From Macrostomum hystrix (Eukaryota > Animalia > Platyhelminthes), in the NCBI GenBank assembly GCA_950097015.1, contig CATNEN010000002.1:7750001-7814000 (forward strand): a stretch of 64,000 bases of DNA. The letters run 5' to 3'. Under the pieces are notes generated by a model, which made no database searches, had not been told where the DNA came from, and saw only the letters and a program-made list of their open reading frames with translations. The translations under genes and the position numbers were made by a program. Numbering within the stretch: the stretch's first letter is position 1; each line of letters starts with the position of its first letter. Of the stretch, positions 24,560-38,108 are shown one piece after another.

Positions 24560-27346
24560 ACTGAAGAACCATTAATAATTGATGGACTTTTTGGTTTATC
24601 TGCTATTGAAGGTATGTAGCTTTTTACTCATACCAATAATTTTCAACTGATTGCTGATAAACATGCATTAGGGCCTATACTTATATCATTGTATTATATA
24701 TACATGCTATATGCAGCCATGTTAAATATATAGACACCCTATCTGCTATAAAAAATCATAAATCTAAAGCAAAAAATATCAATAATGTTACTTAATTTTT
24801 TGTCTAATACTTAAACTATTAGACTTTTAGCATTCTGCAGCATATATACAATTTTATTTAGCGATTTGAATATATTTATTTAGTGTTAATTAATTTGATG
24901 TTATATTATGTATGTAATGTGAGTTTTCTACAATATTTGTCAACCTTATGTATAGTTTCTACTTTTATATTATATAAAAAAAATATTTTGAAGTAGAATG
25001 TCCTAATGCACTTTCATATTTACATGGGTAACTTATACAATAGACAAACAAAAACAAACTGCAAAGTGCTCTACAATTGCTATTATTTGTCAATACTATG
25101 TGTTATAAGTAGCTACCCAATTTTGTTCAATTTTAACTTCTTTACCAAAGATAAACAAGGTCAAGATACAAGAACTCAAAGGCTAAATGAAAAGTAAAAG
25201 ATACTTTACAATAGAGACCAAACAGATAGTTAGGGAGCCATATTGGAACCAGACTGGATATAGAAGAAGTTAATTAACATATCTAATAGGTTGGCCCTGA
25301 TTATCCAATCTTGCCACCTGCCTCATCTCACATTGGCTACCATAAGTCTATGCACCCTAAAGCTACATTATATGTCTTATGTATTCATTGACAAAAAGTA
25401 TAAATACGTTTCTCCTTACTAGATTTAAAGCTGGTGTCCCAAAAAGGGCTCAAGTACAGCTAACAGCAGTTCAGTCTATATAATTTGTATGTGTAGCCCA
25501 TGCTAGTTCCCATTTTTCGCCTGTGTGGAATGGAATGAAAATTTTTATCTTAAGGACCCTAGCAGCTTCCCCTTAGTTACTATTCCAACTCTCAAACTAT
25601 TGGGTTGGGTGTCCAAAGTTTAAAATATTCGGCTACAAACTCTTACTTTACTCTTACTAGACTGATCTAAAAAGGAATTTGTTATGAAGAAAACGATAGC
25701 TTAAACTTAAAATTCAACTTTGCAGGTGCAGCTGAGCACCTGTTGCGGACTGAGTCGGACTTGCCAGCAAGCATTCAACAGCAGCTGATTGAACTGCAGC
25801 TCACCTCTCGCCTGATCCTGAGCCAGCTAGTGCCCTCCCTGATGCAGTCAGATCCTGCCTACTTCGCCAAGGTGGGCTTCATGATTACAAACAGCTGGAG
25901 ACCGAGAGTGGAATATGGACTTTTGCCAGCTGAAGCTCTAGCTGAAGGCAGTCAGGGACGCGTGAATGCTCATGCGGGCTTTATAGGTGAGGTCGAATTT
26001 TCAAATATTTTTCTTCTTTTAAAGCTGATGTCGAGTTGATTTCCGGATTACAGGCAATTTGTCCGAGTCGCAGAGTGATTTTTGCTTCTTTGACGCCTTC
26101 AAGCATCGGGCTAGTTGCCGCTTCGATAGCAGCTGCCTGAGCTACATGCTCTCTAACAGACAGGCTGAGGGCTACTTTCTGACGCATCAGATCCTCTATG
26201 CGGCCCTCATTGATAGCGTGAGTTACTTTGGCTTGCATTGGTCGGATGAGTTATTGCTCCGCCATTAACCCCAATCCCAGCAGGTAAGCAAGTTTTCCAC
26301 GAAGGAGGAGTTCCTGCCGCACTTTTAACCATAGACAGTTTGAATACCTTGCAGCATGGCTGCTCCCCGCTGCCTTCAATGCGCGCCCACCTGGCTGGCC
26401 TGTGTGGCCGAGCCCTGCTGGAGCACCGGCAGCTCCTCGCCGACTTGTTCTCGCAGCCGGCGCCGGCTCACTGGGCCCAGAGACCCGGGCGGCATCCGGC
26501 AATAAGAGCGAGCCGGCCAGGTCGGCGGCTGAAGTTGAGCAGGCGGCTCACCTTTGATCTGGCGCTCGAGCAAGGTTGGTGACAGAATGAAAAAAATGAT
26601 TGCAGTAGGGCTGTGGGCACTGGCACATTGCTCGTAATTTAGTGACAGTCGAACCGCAGCCAGCTAGGACAGCCAGGTAGGAGACAATTCTGCCCATTTC
26701 GCTGACTCCTGAGCACACGCACTCGGATACTGTACGCAGGCATATTCTAACAAAGGGGTGTACATCTGCCTAGACTTTCTCATCGTCAGGCAATGCACAC
26801 TCTCACTGTGCCTTGGAGGTTGGCCCTCAAGGGCGTAAATTGCACGACAAGCCTCCAAGCCTTCTCTCCGCGGCTGCGCCTCAAATGAATGTGGCCTCGC
26901 CGCGGAATCGAGCTCAGAAACCTTGGTGCCAGAAGCAAACGCTTTAACGCTCTGCCACCCACTCACACCCAGATACAAAAATTATCATAGACAAAAATGG
27001 AAATTTATCTCCCGCAGTTTTTGCATGCGGCGGCGTCGGGTTCCAGGAGTTCGTCAACGACACGAGACTTCTAGACGCCCTGCTGGCGGCCCAGAATCCC
27101 CGCCTGGGCTGCTTCGGCTTCCCGACATCTCCGGCGCGGCATTTCAGTCGGCGTCGGCAGTGGAAGTCGCGAGGTCTGCAGGCCATGATGGGCCTGGCCA
27201 ACGGGGCCTGCGAGCAGCACCTCACTGGCGTGGCGGCCTCCGCTGCGTCTGTCTACCTGACAATGCGGCTGCACGACCAGGTGCTGACCGAGACTGCACA
27301 TGGGCGGCTGTCGACTTCTCAGTCTGCTTGGCTGCTGCAACCAGTC

Positions 27347-27377
<31 letters not shown>

Positions 27378-27442
27378 TGCTTTTTGCTTTCAAACGCCGG
27401 TTCAAGCGCTGGTTTGCTATTGTGCTTCGATCGCTTTGTTGA
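24560..27442 (+). CDS. UPF0764 / C16orf89-like protein (5' exon(s) not resolved)
   Basis: Exons 24560-24611, 25726-25986, 26054-26217, 26355-26574, 27018-27442 join in frame. Motifs IDGLFGL, SESQSDFC, AEGYFLTHQILY, DLALEQVFACGGVGF, GCFG and GACEQHLTGVA match the pattern of C16orf89 (GYCLSHQLLF, DLFMENIMFCG, EGCFG, GCSSHNTATA). Confidence 0.72.
26590..26968 (-). mobile_element. tRNA-derived SINE copy F (near full length)
   Basis: Reverse complement of the copy C/B consensus including the gtggcagagcg head; C16orf89-like intron. Confidence 0.82.
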
Positions 27443-27519
27443 TGCTGTTTCCATAGCACCCGGCCGCTCGCTTATCATTTAACTCTCTACTATTCAAACT
27501 AGCTGGAAATGAGCAACAT

Positions 27520-28150
27520 TAGTCAATCGATCCCTAATCAATCGATCTCTTATTAATCAATCCCCTGTCAATCGATCCCTAATCAATAGATCCCTTATCA
27601 ATCGATCCCTTATCAATCAATCCCCTGTCAATCAATTCCTAATTAATCGATTCCTTATCAGTCGATCTCTAATCAATCGATCCCTAATCAATCGATCCCT
27701 AATCAATCGATCCCTAATCAATCGATTTCTAATCAATCGATTCTTAATCAATCGATCGCTAATCAATCGATCGCTAATCAATCGATTCCTAATCAATAGA
27801 TCCCTTATCAATCGATCTCTTATCAATCAATCCCCTGTCAATCGATCCCTAATCAATAGATCGCTTATCAATCGATCCCTTATCAATCAATCCCCTGTAA
27901 ATCGATTCCTAATTAATCGATTCCTTATCAGTCGATCTCTAATCAATCGATTTCTAATCAATCGATTCTTAATCAATCGATCGCTAAACAATCGATCCCT
28001 AATCAATCGATCGATAATCAATCGATCCCTAATCAATCGATCCCTAATCAATCGATCCCTAATCAGTCGATCCCTAGTCAATAGATCCCTTATCAATCGA
28101 TCCCTTATCAATCAATCCCCTGTCAATCGATTCCTAATCAATCGATCCTA
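27520..28150. repeat. 15-bp minisatellite (atcaatcgatcccta)
   Basis: Between the C16orf89-like and ARMC8 genes; ATCGAT core. Confidence 0.9.
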
Positions 28151-28757
28151 ATAAAAATGTTCTCAATGGCATTCAATTGTGTTGGTCAGTCAATTTTTTG
28201 TCCGTCTTTCAGTGTCCAAGTAGGCAATCCTTCTATGCATAAAATTTGTTACAATCAAGCTTTACCGTCTTTATGTATACGAAAATTGTTTTTTCGTTTT
28301 TTACTTTTTGTTTTGTCTGTCAAGTTTTAGCATTATTACTTATTGTTCTATATTTTCTATTGTAGTTTGGCAGTGTGTCTTGTCAGCATTTCGCACAATT
28401 GAAATAGGATTTTTGTGTCCAAGTCAGTATTTATGTGAAAACCGACCAGACCTGACAATAATATTTATGTTTTAATGTTTTGTGTTACGTTTCAAAAATG
28501 TTTATCTTGGCTATTTTATAAATCTGCTGAAAGTAGTCTCACAGTTACACTAGACTTCTCCCATCAGTGTTATAATTTTCCTATTAGGTTCTAACCCCAT
28601 TATTTTACTAATTATCCCATTAGATTATAAATTATTCAGTCATTGACACAATAAACCAGCTATTTTTAAGAGCGTTCTGACCATTTTTTATTAGTTCCAG
28701 CTGGACTGATTGCATCAGCAACAGCAGCAGCAGCTGTCGGGCGTCTGTCTGGAGGTC

Positions 28758-30457
28758 ATGGACTCGATTGCGGCCAGGCTGATGGCGCAGCCGCAGCTGC
28801 CACTGGACGAACGACTTCTGGCCCTTCGGTGCGCGGCCCAATCACAAAGCTTAAATTTTCATTTTACATTAAATTAACTTTGCTCTACTAACAGTAGTGT
28901 CTCTAATTAACCGTGCTTCTGAATTGTTTTAGAGATCTGCGCAACTACCTGATTGGCCATGACGATCGCAAGAGGGACGCTTTGGCCAGGACCGACTTTC
29001 GCCTGCTGGACTAGTGAGAACATTGGGAGGATTCCTACTTTTAGAACCATTTTGTTCTCAAGCGATATTGCTGTTATAGATAGAATTTCGAGTAAAAAAT
29101 TCCTAGACATGCCACTTGATTCTTGAATTTCATTAGGATTCCTAGACGGATTCCTAGATTCGCGTTAGGATTCCTAGATTCGCGTTAGGATTCCTAGAAT
29201 CGCGTTAGGATTCCTAGAATCGCGTAAGGATTCCTAGTAGGATTCCTAGAATCGCGTTAGGATTCCTAGAATCGCTTAGGATTCCTAGAATCGCTTAGGA
29301 TTCCTAGAGTCGCTTAGGATTCCTAGAATCGCTTAGGATTCCTAGTAGGATTCCTAGAATCGATTAGGATTCCTAGTAGGATTCCTAGAATCGATTAGGA
29401 TTCCTAGTAGAATTCCTAGAATCGCTTAGGATTCCTAGTAGGATTCCTAGAATCGCTTAGGATTCCTAGAATCGCTTAGGATTCCTAGAACCGCTTAGGA
29501 TTCCTAGAATCGCTTAGGATTCCTAGAGTCGCTTAGGATTCCTAGAATCGCATAGGATTCCTAGTAGGATTCCTAGAATCGCTTAGGATTCCTAGAATCG
29601 CTTAGGATTCCTAGAATCGCTTAGGATTCCTAGAATCGCTTAGGATTCCTAGAATCGCTTAGGATTCCTAGAATCGCTTAGGATTCCTAGTAGGATTCCT
29701 AGAATCGCTTAGGATTCCTAGAACCGCTTAGGATTCCTAGAATCGCTTAGGATTCCTAGAATCGCTTAGGATTCCTAGAATCGCTTAGGATTCCTAGAAT
29801 CGCTTAGGATTCCTAGAATCGCTTAGGATTCCTAGAATCGCATAAGAATTCTTAGAATCGGATAAGGATTCCCAGAGTCGCTAAGGATTCCTAGAATCGC
29901 TAAGGATTCCTAGAATCGGATAAGGATTCCTAGAATCGCTAAGGATTCCTAAAGTCGCTTAGGATTCCTAGAATCGCTTAGGATTCCTAGAATCGCTTAG
30001 GATTCGTAGTGCCAAATAGGAATTTCTTGGTTAAGTTATTTAATTAATTTTTTTATTTAATTATTAATTATTTAATAATTTTATTATTTAACAAATTATT
30101 CAATAAAAAACAACTCTACGAACTTTATAACAATTGTTTTTTTCCTTCTTTAGCCTGCTGAGTTCCCTGTCTGAGACCAACCGACTGTCAGCGGACAGTG
30201 ACACCGCCGTTCTCGCGGAGCACCTGCTGGTGGTTCTGAACAGCATCTGCCTGACAAACTCAGAGGCCAAGCTGGCGGCTCTGGCGGCCGGCGCAGCCAA
30301 TCACGCATTGAGGTCGGCTATTATTGGTGCGCAAAAGTTGCAGCAGCAGCAGCAGATCCGGATGCGTCATCGACTTTGTCAGGCAGCCATGCGCACCCTT
30401 CGCACTTTGGTCAGCGCACAGCTTATTGTGACTGGACCGCCTACAGAAGATTGCCTT

Positions 30458-30501
<44 letters not shown>

Positions 30502-33500
30502 ACAGCAGCAACAAAATGTAGCTCATTGGGAGCCCGTGTTAGCGGGTTTGCCCGAGACAGGGGCTGAGTGCCTCACCCAGGTGCGTTCCTGATAGCTGCG
30601 CAATAGCTGCGAATCCCCAGCCAGAATCCAAGCTGGATCCCCAGCCAGAATCCAAGCTGGATCCCCAGCCAGAATCCAAGCTGGATCCCCAGCCAGAATC
30701 CAAGCTGGATCCCCAGCCAGAATCCAAGCTGGATCCCCAGCCAGAATCCAAGCTGGATCCCCAGCCAGAATCCAAGCTGGATCCCCAGCCAGAATCCAAG
30801 CTGGATCCCCCAGCCAGAATCCAAGCTGGATCCCCAGCCAGAATCCAAGCTGGATCCCCAGCCAGAATCCAAGCTGGATCCCCAGCCAGAATCCAAGCTG
30901 GATCCCAAGCCAGAATCCAAGCTGGATCCCCCAGCCAGGACTAAAATACGTTAAACCCTTGAATCCCCCAGGTGAGCTCGCTGAACTTTCTGCTCAGCCT
31001 CCTGTCGCAGCCGGGTCCGCATGAGCACTTGCTCACTCTGCTAGCCGCTGTGGCCACTGACAAGGCCGCCGCTTTCCACATGTACGCTCACGGCGCCCTC
31101 GACTTGCTGAGCCCGCTGCTCCTGGCAGCTCCGACAGCCCGGAACTCTTGGCCCGCTGTCAATCTTCGTCGCTGCCGACGTCGAAGTCGTTGCCAACGCA
31201 GCCGGGACAATCCTTTTGCTGCTGAGACTGCGGGCTGCTGCCTTCGCCTGCTGGCCATGCTCTGCTGGCGGGTGCCGGACGCGGCATGTCGACTGCTGCA
31301 GTCCGCTGCCGACGATTCGCCGGACGGCCGCCTGTTGAATGGCGTCATCGACTTGCTGCAGCCCGGACCGTGAGCTGGCCGCTGAAGTCTTTTGAGAAGC
31401 ATTAAGCACTATGACCATCGTCATCGGGCACAATGACCGACGTCATAGAAACCTAAGGCTTCCGTCATTGAACCCTTTGGCTTCCGTCATAGAACCCTTT
31501 GGCTTCCGTCATAGAACCCTTTGGCTTCCGTCATAGAACCCTTTGGCTTCCGTCATAGAACCCTTTGGCTTCCGTCATAGAACCGTATGACTTCCGTCAA
31601 AGAACCGTATGACTTCCGTCATAGAACCCTTTGGCTTCCGTCATAGAACCCTTTGGCTTCCGTCATAGAACCCTTTGACTTCCGTCATAGAACCCTTTGG
31701 CTTCCGTCATAGAACCCTTTGGCTTCCGTCATAGAACCCTTTGACTTCCGTCATAGAACCCTTTGACTTCCGTCATAGAACCCTAAGGCTTCCGTCATTG
31801 AACCCTTTGGCTTCCGTCATTGAACCCTTTGGCTTCCGTCATAGAACCCTTTGACTTCCGTCATAGAACCCTAAGGCTTCCGTCATAGAACCGTAAGACT
31901 TCCGTCATAGAACCGTATGACTTCCGTCATAGAACCTTTTGGCTTCCGTCATAGAACCCTTTGACTTCCGTCATAGAACCCTAAGGCTTCCGTCATAGAA
32001 CCGTATGACTTCCGTCATAGAACCGTATGACTTCCGTCATAGAACCCTAAGGCTTCCGTCATAGAACCCTTTGACTTCCGTCATAGAACCCTAAGGCTTC
32101 CGTCATAGAACCCTGTGGCTTCCGTCATAGAACCCTAAGGCTTCCGTCATAGAACAGAAATGAAATTGCCAACATATGTTTAAAATGCCGAAGCTTTTCG
32201 TCCTAAGCGGACATCGTCAGGGTCGATTTATTGAAAACGAAAACGCAGGTGTTTAAAAGTAAGTTGTTGTACATTGTGAGTTAAAGTCCGATGGACAGGG
32301 TCGATTTCCGTCATAGAACCGAATGACTTCAGTCATTGAACCGTATCACCGTTATAATTAAATACTTTGACTATCCTCATTGGGTACTATAACCTTTGAA
32401 TTTGGGCCTTGTAACCTTCGTCATAGATCTCTTTGACCGCAGACAAAAAAACTATGACCGCTGTCACCCTATGACTTCCATCATGCGTCTCTATGAGTTT
32501 GGTCATTGAGCCATAACCTTCGGGTCTATAACCATCGTCATAGATACCTCCGTTATAGAACGTGAACTTCTGACAGTAACTTCATTATTGCAGACTTGTC
32601 AACGCATTCCTTCCCAGATCCTCCGGGATTCGCTGCCTCGCTGGCGTCTGCATCGCCCTCGTGGCCAGCCACCCCGCTGCCGCTGCCTTTACGGGCGGCG
32701 CAGACTTAAAGTCCAACTGCCGCCTTGCCGAAGCGCTGCTTCAGCGGGTTGTGCCCGACGCCGTCAGCCGCCTGCAGAGCAGCCCGGAGCTCGTGCCACT
32801 GGCATGGCGCTGCGTCAGCCTCGACACCCTGGTCTGCCTGGCCCTTGTGAGTCTTGTTTCTTCCCTTGAAATCCCTAAATCCTTAATCCCTAAATCCTTA
32901 ATCCCTAAATCCTTAATCCCTAAATCCTTAATCCCTAAATCCTTAATCCCTAAATCCTTAATCCCTAAATCCTTAATCCCTAAATCCCTAATCCTTAATC
33001 CCTAAATCCTTAATCCCTAAATCCCTAATCCTTAATCCCTAATCCCTAAATACCTAATCCCTAATCCCTAAATACCTAATACCTAAATCCCTAATCCCTA
33101 AATCCTTAATCCCTAAATCCTTAATCCCAAAATCCCAAATCCCTAAATCCCTAATCCCTAATCCATAAATCCTTAATCCCTAAATATATAATCCCTAATC
33201 CCTAATCCCTAAATCCCTGATCACTAAATCCGTAATCCCTGAATAACTAATCCCTAAATCCCTGATCCCTAAATCCGTAATCCCTGAATAACTAATCCCT
33301 AAATACCTACCCCATTAACAATTGCCTCCGCCATCCACCCAACAGTCTGGCGCCGTTCCACTTGAAGTTATTGCCCACTGCGCCCGCCTGCTGGCCGACG
33401 ACCTTCTCGACGCCCGCCTCATCGACCGGCTTTCGAATCGGCCGCTGCTGCCACGCCTGCTGCGCCTGACTGCAGTGCTTGGCCCGGCCTGGCCTCGGCC

Positions 33501-35082
33501 GCCCGGCCCGCAGCTGTACTCGGCTTTGGCCGACATCGCGGCGACCTTCTCCCAGCAGAAGCAGCAGTCCGAGTCGCTCCGCTCTGCCGCTCTCATTCTT
33601 CTGCACGCTGTGTCTCGCCGCACCGACAGCCTCCTGCTGCTGATCTCAGCTGACTCCGGCCATGTCGCTGACTTCGCCTCTGACTGTTTGTTGCGTTGCG
33701 CTGACCTGGTTGTCAGGGCGGACGCTGCCGACGATGACGCCGCCGGCTGGACAATGTCCGCAGTCGGGTTGGCGGGAAATCTGGCTCTGCCGCACTCGCC
33801 CTGCCGCGATCGGCTGCTGACGGCCCCCTGCCTGACAGCCCTGCTGCGCCTGCTGACCGCCTGCGGCCCTCGGCGCGGTCAGCTCCGGCTCAGCGCCGCC
33901 TGGGCCATCGCCAACGCATCCTACGACTGTCGTGTCGAGGCCGCTTGGCAGCTGCTGGCGGATGGAGTGCCGGCTCAGCTTGAGCACCTGCTGGACGAGA
34001 TGCAGCAGCAGTCTTTGTCCTCGTCTTTCTCCTCCTCGTCCTCTCGCAATGCGACCTGCTGCAAATTGCTCGAAGCAGTGCGCAACCTGCTGGCTGATCC
34101 GGGGCGAGCTGACGCTCTGCTGTCGCCTGCCTCCGCTTGTCAGCAGCCACCGCAGCTGCTGCCTCTGCTGGAGCTCGCGCTGGACCCCTGCCTCCCCGAC
34201 TCCGCCCGACTGCGGCCGGCCGCCCTTGCCGCCCTGTCGAATGCCGCCAACGGAGGCCCGCCGGCTCGGCTTGCACTGCTGACCAGGGAGACCCTGCTGC
34301 TGCGGGTCCGCGACTGCCTGGTGAGTGACTGCGGCTTCACGGAGGATCTGGGAGCGATAGAAAGCGTTGAGTCGTCATGCTAAATTTATTCTCAAATTTC
34401 AGAGTCTGTCGGAGACGCCGCTGCCGCAGTTGAGTCTCAGAATCGTATCCAATCTGATGGAGCCGCTGCGGGAGGGCAGCTCCGCAGCCGCTTCCGCTGC
34501 TGAGGGCGCCGCCGATGCTACGGGTAAGTCTTCTGGCCTTACGGAACCGATGTACACAAATTCAACAAAATAAATGTTCCTCCCAAAAACATGCCAACCT
34601 CATTCCAAAATTTCACACGGGGACCTACCTCACTGCCAGTATAAAAAAATGCAACCAAACTCGACATTGTGTACATATCGTGCGTCCAACCTCACTTAAA
34701 ATGTTCATGCGGTGTGACTAACCTCACTCCTAATGTACATGCGGTGTGACCAACCTCACTCCTAATGTACATGCGGTGTGAACAACCTCACTCCCAATAT
34801 ACATGCGGAGTGAACAACCTCACTCCAAATGTTTATTCGGTTTAACCAACCTCACTCCCAAATGTACATGTGGTTTGTAAATGTACAACCTCGCTCCCGT
34901 GTACATCATATCTAATCTCCATTTCATCCTCATCGCCAGTCGCTGACCCCCAGAGCCGCCAGGTGCTGCAGAAGCTTGGCTTCCAGGACCAGCTGGCCAA
35001 GTTGCTGGACCGGAGTCGCAGGCAGAGAGTCCTCTCCAGCTTGGAGACCGAGCAAGTCGAACGACTCCTGATGCAGTTTTAA
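28758..35082 (+). CDS. ARMC8: Armadillo repeat-containing protein 8-like (GID5/Vid28, CTLH complex subunit), divergent
   Basis: Exons 28758-28828, 28933-29013, 30154-30580, 30972-31369, 32594-32846, 33346-34320, 34403-34523, 34940-35082, phases consistent. DLRNYLIGHDDRK, GNLALPHSPCRDRLL, LRLSAAWAIANASY, LEAVRNLL and LSNAANG align by eye with ARMC8 (DMKNAVIGNNKQK, CNLLLEFSPSKEPIL, LRVNGIWALMNMAF, LGLLRNLL, LANIADG). Confidence 0.75.
29130..30005. repeat. 19-bp minisatellite (ttaggattcctagaatcgc)
   Basis: ARMC8 intron 2; GATTC-cta-GAATC hairpin in each unit. Confidence 0.92.
30610..30940. repeat. 24-bp minisatellite (ggatccccagccagaatccaagct)
   Basis: Fills ARMC8 intron 3. Confidence 0.92.
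31430..32160. repeat. 22-bp minisatellite (cttccgtcatagaaccctttgg)
   Basis: ARMC8 intron 4; degenerate copies continue to ~32560. Confidence 0.9.
32869..33310. repeat. Telomere-like CCCTAA-containing repeat (atccctaaatcctta)n
   Basis: Fills ARMC8 intron 5; degenerates to mixed ccctaa/ccctaaat units. Confidence 0.85.
34715..34875. repeat. 32-bp minisatellite (aacctcactcctaatgtacatgcggtgtga..)
   Basis: About 5 copies in ARMC8 intron 7. Confidence 0.8.
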
Positions 35083-35364
35083 GCTCCCAGACTGCCGAAT
35101 CAGTGCTCCACACAATACTGTATTATCATTTTCAATCTCCTGTTGCTGACATCTCATTGCTCACGTACTAGAATTTCGCCTTTTATTGTCATTTGTTTTT
35201 CAAGCTGCTAGTTAATATTCAGATTCGCGCCACTCTTAAGAAATGCTGTCCCTGCAATTATTCAGCTTAGTTTTCAGTTATCCTATCTTAGATTTCCACT
35301 TTTTGAAATTATTTTATCTCAGATTCTCGATCCCGTTTTATGTCATTCAATCTCTCTTTCTCCC

Positions 35365-36185
35365 ATTTCTAATTATCCCATCCCGAAATCGCCCTACTTT
35401 GAATTATCCCATCCCCAAGTCGCCCCATTCCAATTATCCCATCCCCAAATCGCCCCATTTTCAAATATCCCATTCCCAAATCGCCCTTTTTCCAATTATC
35501 CCATCCCATAATCGACCCATTTTCAAATATCCCATCCCCTAATCGCCCCATTTCCAATTATCCCATCCCATAATCGACCCATTTTCGATTATCCTATCCC
35601 AAAATCGCCCCATTTTCAAATATCCCATCCCCAAATCGCCCCTTTCCAATTATCCCATCCCCAAATCGCACCATTTTCAAATATCCCATTCCCAAATCGC
35701 CCTTTTTCCAATTATCCCATCCCATAATCGACCCATTTTCCATTATCCTATCCCAAAATCGCCCCATTTTCAAATATCCCATCCCCAAATCGCCCCTTTC
35801 CAATTATCCCATCCCCAAATCGCACCATTTTCAAATATCCCATTCCCAAATCGCCCTTTTTCCAATTATCCCATCCCATAATCGACCCATTTTCCATTAT
35901 CCTATCCCAAAATCGCCCCATTTTCAAATATCCCATCCCCAAATCGCCCCTTTCCAATTATCCCATCCCCAAATCGCCCCTTTTTCAAATATCTCATCCC
36001 CAAATCGCCCTTTTTCCAATTATCCCATCCCATAATCGACCCATTTTCGATTTTCCTATCCCAAAATCGCCCCATTTTCAAATATCCCATCCCCAAATCG
36101 CACCATTTTCAAATATCCCATTCCCAAAATCGCCCTTTTTCCAATTATCCCATCCCAAAATCGACCCTTTCCAAATATCCCATAT
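35365..36185. repeat. C-rich repeat with ~154-bp higher-order unit
   Basis: Subunits such as ccaattatcccatccccaaatcgcccc; ORFs recur at 154-nt offsets (35594, 35748, 35902). Confidence 0.85.
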
Positions 36186-36954
36186 CATAATCCCCACATT
36201 TAAAATTGTCCCATTCCAGATTCTCCCAGTTGTCCCATTCTCCCAATTATTCAAGCTTAGATTATCCCACATTGTAAAAATCCTTAATTCGATTTCCCAG
36301 TTCCGTTCGACTAAAAATTTTAAAACAGCTCTTTTGGACCAAGATGAAAATTGTTCAGCAAATCCAACTCAATTTGATGCTTTTTCATTCGAATCAAAAA
36401 ATCCCCACCTAACTACTGAACAGTAGCACATTGATTTTGTTCTCATTGCAATTTAGTTCGATTCGATCTGATGAATTTCTAAATCCCAGACTTTATCATG
36501 CCTGCCTGACGGTGACGGTATTTTATTAAACCCGATTAAAATTCACCACTCATCGTTGAATATTTTAATCCTTCAAGACTCAAAAATGTTCTATATTCCT
36601 TTCGAATAGTTAGAAAACTAATCTCTCCAATCCAATATAGTCTCAAAGTGTGCTCAAACAGATTTTCAACAATGTAACTCAGGCTAACATTTCTTAGAAT
36701 AATTCAATGCCAGATACACACACACAAATACATATACAAAATCGGGGCTTGACACAAAACGCCCAATTTTTTATTCGAATACTCATTTGACTGTCTTGTT
36801 ACACCTTACTTGTTTGCGCATCAAATCATATACTCCATGGAAACAGTGCACTAGGCGTATGACCTTCTAGATTGTGATCAATAAACCGTTATCTGGCGGT
36901 ATTTCTAATCTATATTTAAAATTACATAGTCTTCTATCTGTCGCCAGCGTTTGA

Positions 36955-37335
36955 AGAGGGAGAGATGGACATAGGAAGGGAGAGGGGTAGAGGAAGAGAG
37001 AGGGACAGAGGAAGAGAGAGGGACAGAGGAAGAGAGGGACAGAGGAAGAGAGGGTAGAGGAAGAGAGAGGGGTAGATGAAGAGAGAGGGACAGAGGAAGA
37101 AAGAGGGGCAGAGGAAGAGAGAGGGACAGAGGAAGAGAGAGGGACAGAGGAAGAGAGAGGGGCAGAGGAAGGGAGGGTAGAAGAAGAGAGAGGGGCAGAG
37201 GAAGGGAGGGTAGAGGAAGAGAGAGGGACAGAGGAAGAAAGAGGGGCAGAGGAAGAGAGAGGGACAGAGGAAGAGAGAGGGGCAGAGGAAGGGAGGGTAG
37301 AAGAAGAGTGAGGGGCAGAGGAAAGGAGAGAGGCC
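36955..37335. repeat. Polypurine (GA-rich) repeat
   Basis: (gaggaagagagaggga[c]a)n-like units. Confidence 0.85.
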
Positions 37336-38108
37336 ACACAAATCCAAAGTTACGGCCCCCCTAGGACGCAGTCAGCCAACAAACGATTGTGGCTACGCCA
37401 CTGCAGGCCAGGCAGTACATATACAATGCTATAAAATACTTTCTTATACGCCAGTGCCATGCAGGCCAGTTTAATATCCTTGTTGTTCGAGGGCAACTGC
37501 AGTGCTGCGTAATAGACCTTGATGACGTAACTGTAGAGAGGTTGTGAAGGCTGCGGCAGTGGCGGAGACCTGTTTGGGAGCATTTAGGGGCTTCCTGGGA
37601 TTCCGAATCCTACATAAAAACTCAAATAAATTAGAATTAGTCCACCATATTACCCTCAATTTTGAACAACAGTACGCTCGTAACTTCTATAGTAGCAATC
37701 TTCACATCAATTTTGGCAGTGTATCGCTTTGAGTGAAAAAAATACATTCTTTTTTGATAGCGTCAACTTCAGTTTTGACATAAAAAGTTTTTGTACCCCA
37801 GCTGTGCAAAATCTTGAAAAAAAATCATGCCACGTGAGCAATGACCAGGTATTATGACATTTGTGAAAGATCAGAAAGTTCTTTATATGTTTTTTTAGTT
37901 AAAAATGACCTGTCCAGTCTGATTCTTTGAAGTCCCTACTGTTCCTATTGGGCTGTAAGCTGTCTTGTGTAAAAATTTTCATCGAAAGCGGTCATTTTAG
38001 CTGAAAAATCATAACTTTAATTACCGTCATGAATTTATTTAACTTGTGTTATTACTGCAAGTAGTCACTATAACATGAAAAAATTTTCTAGAACGGCCAA
38101 AATGCCTA

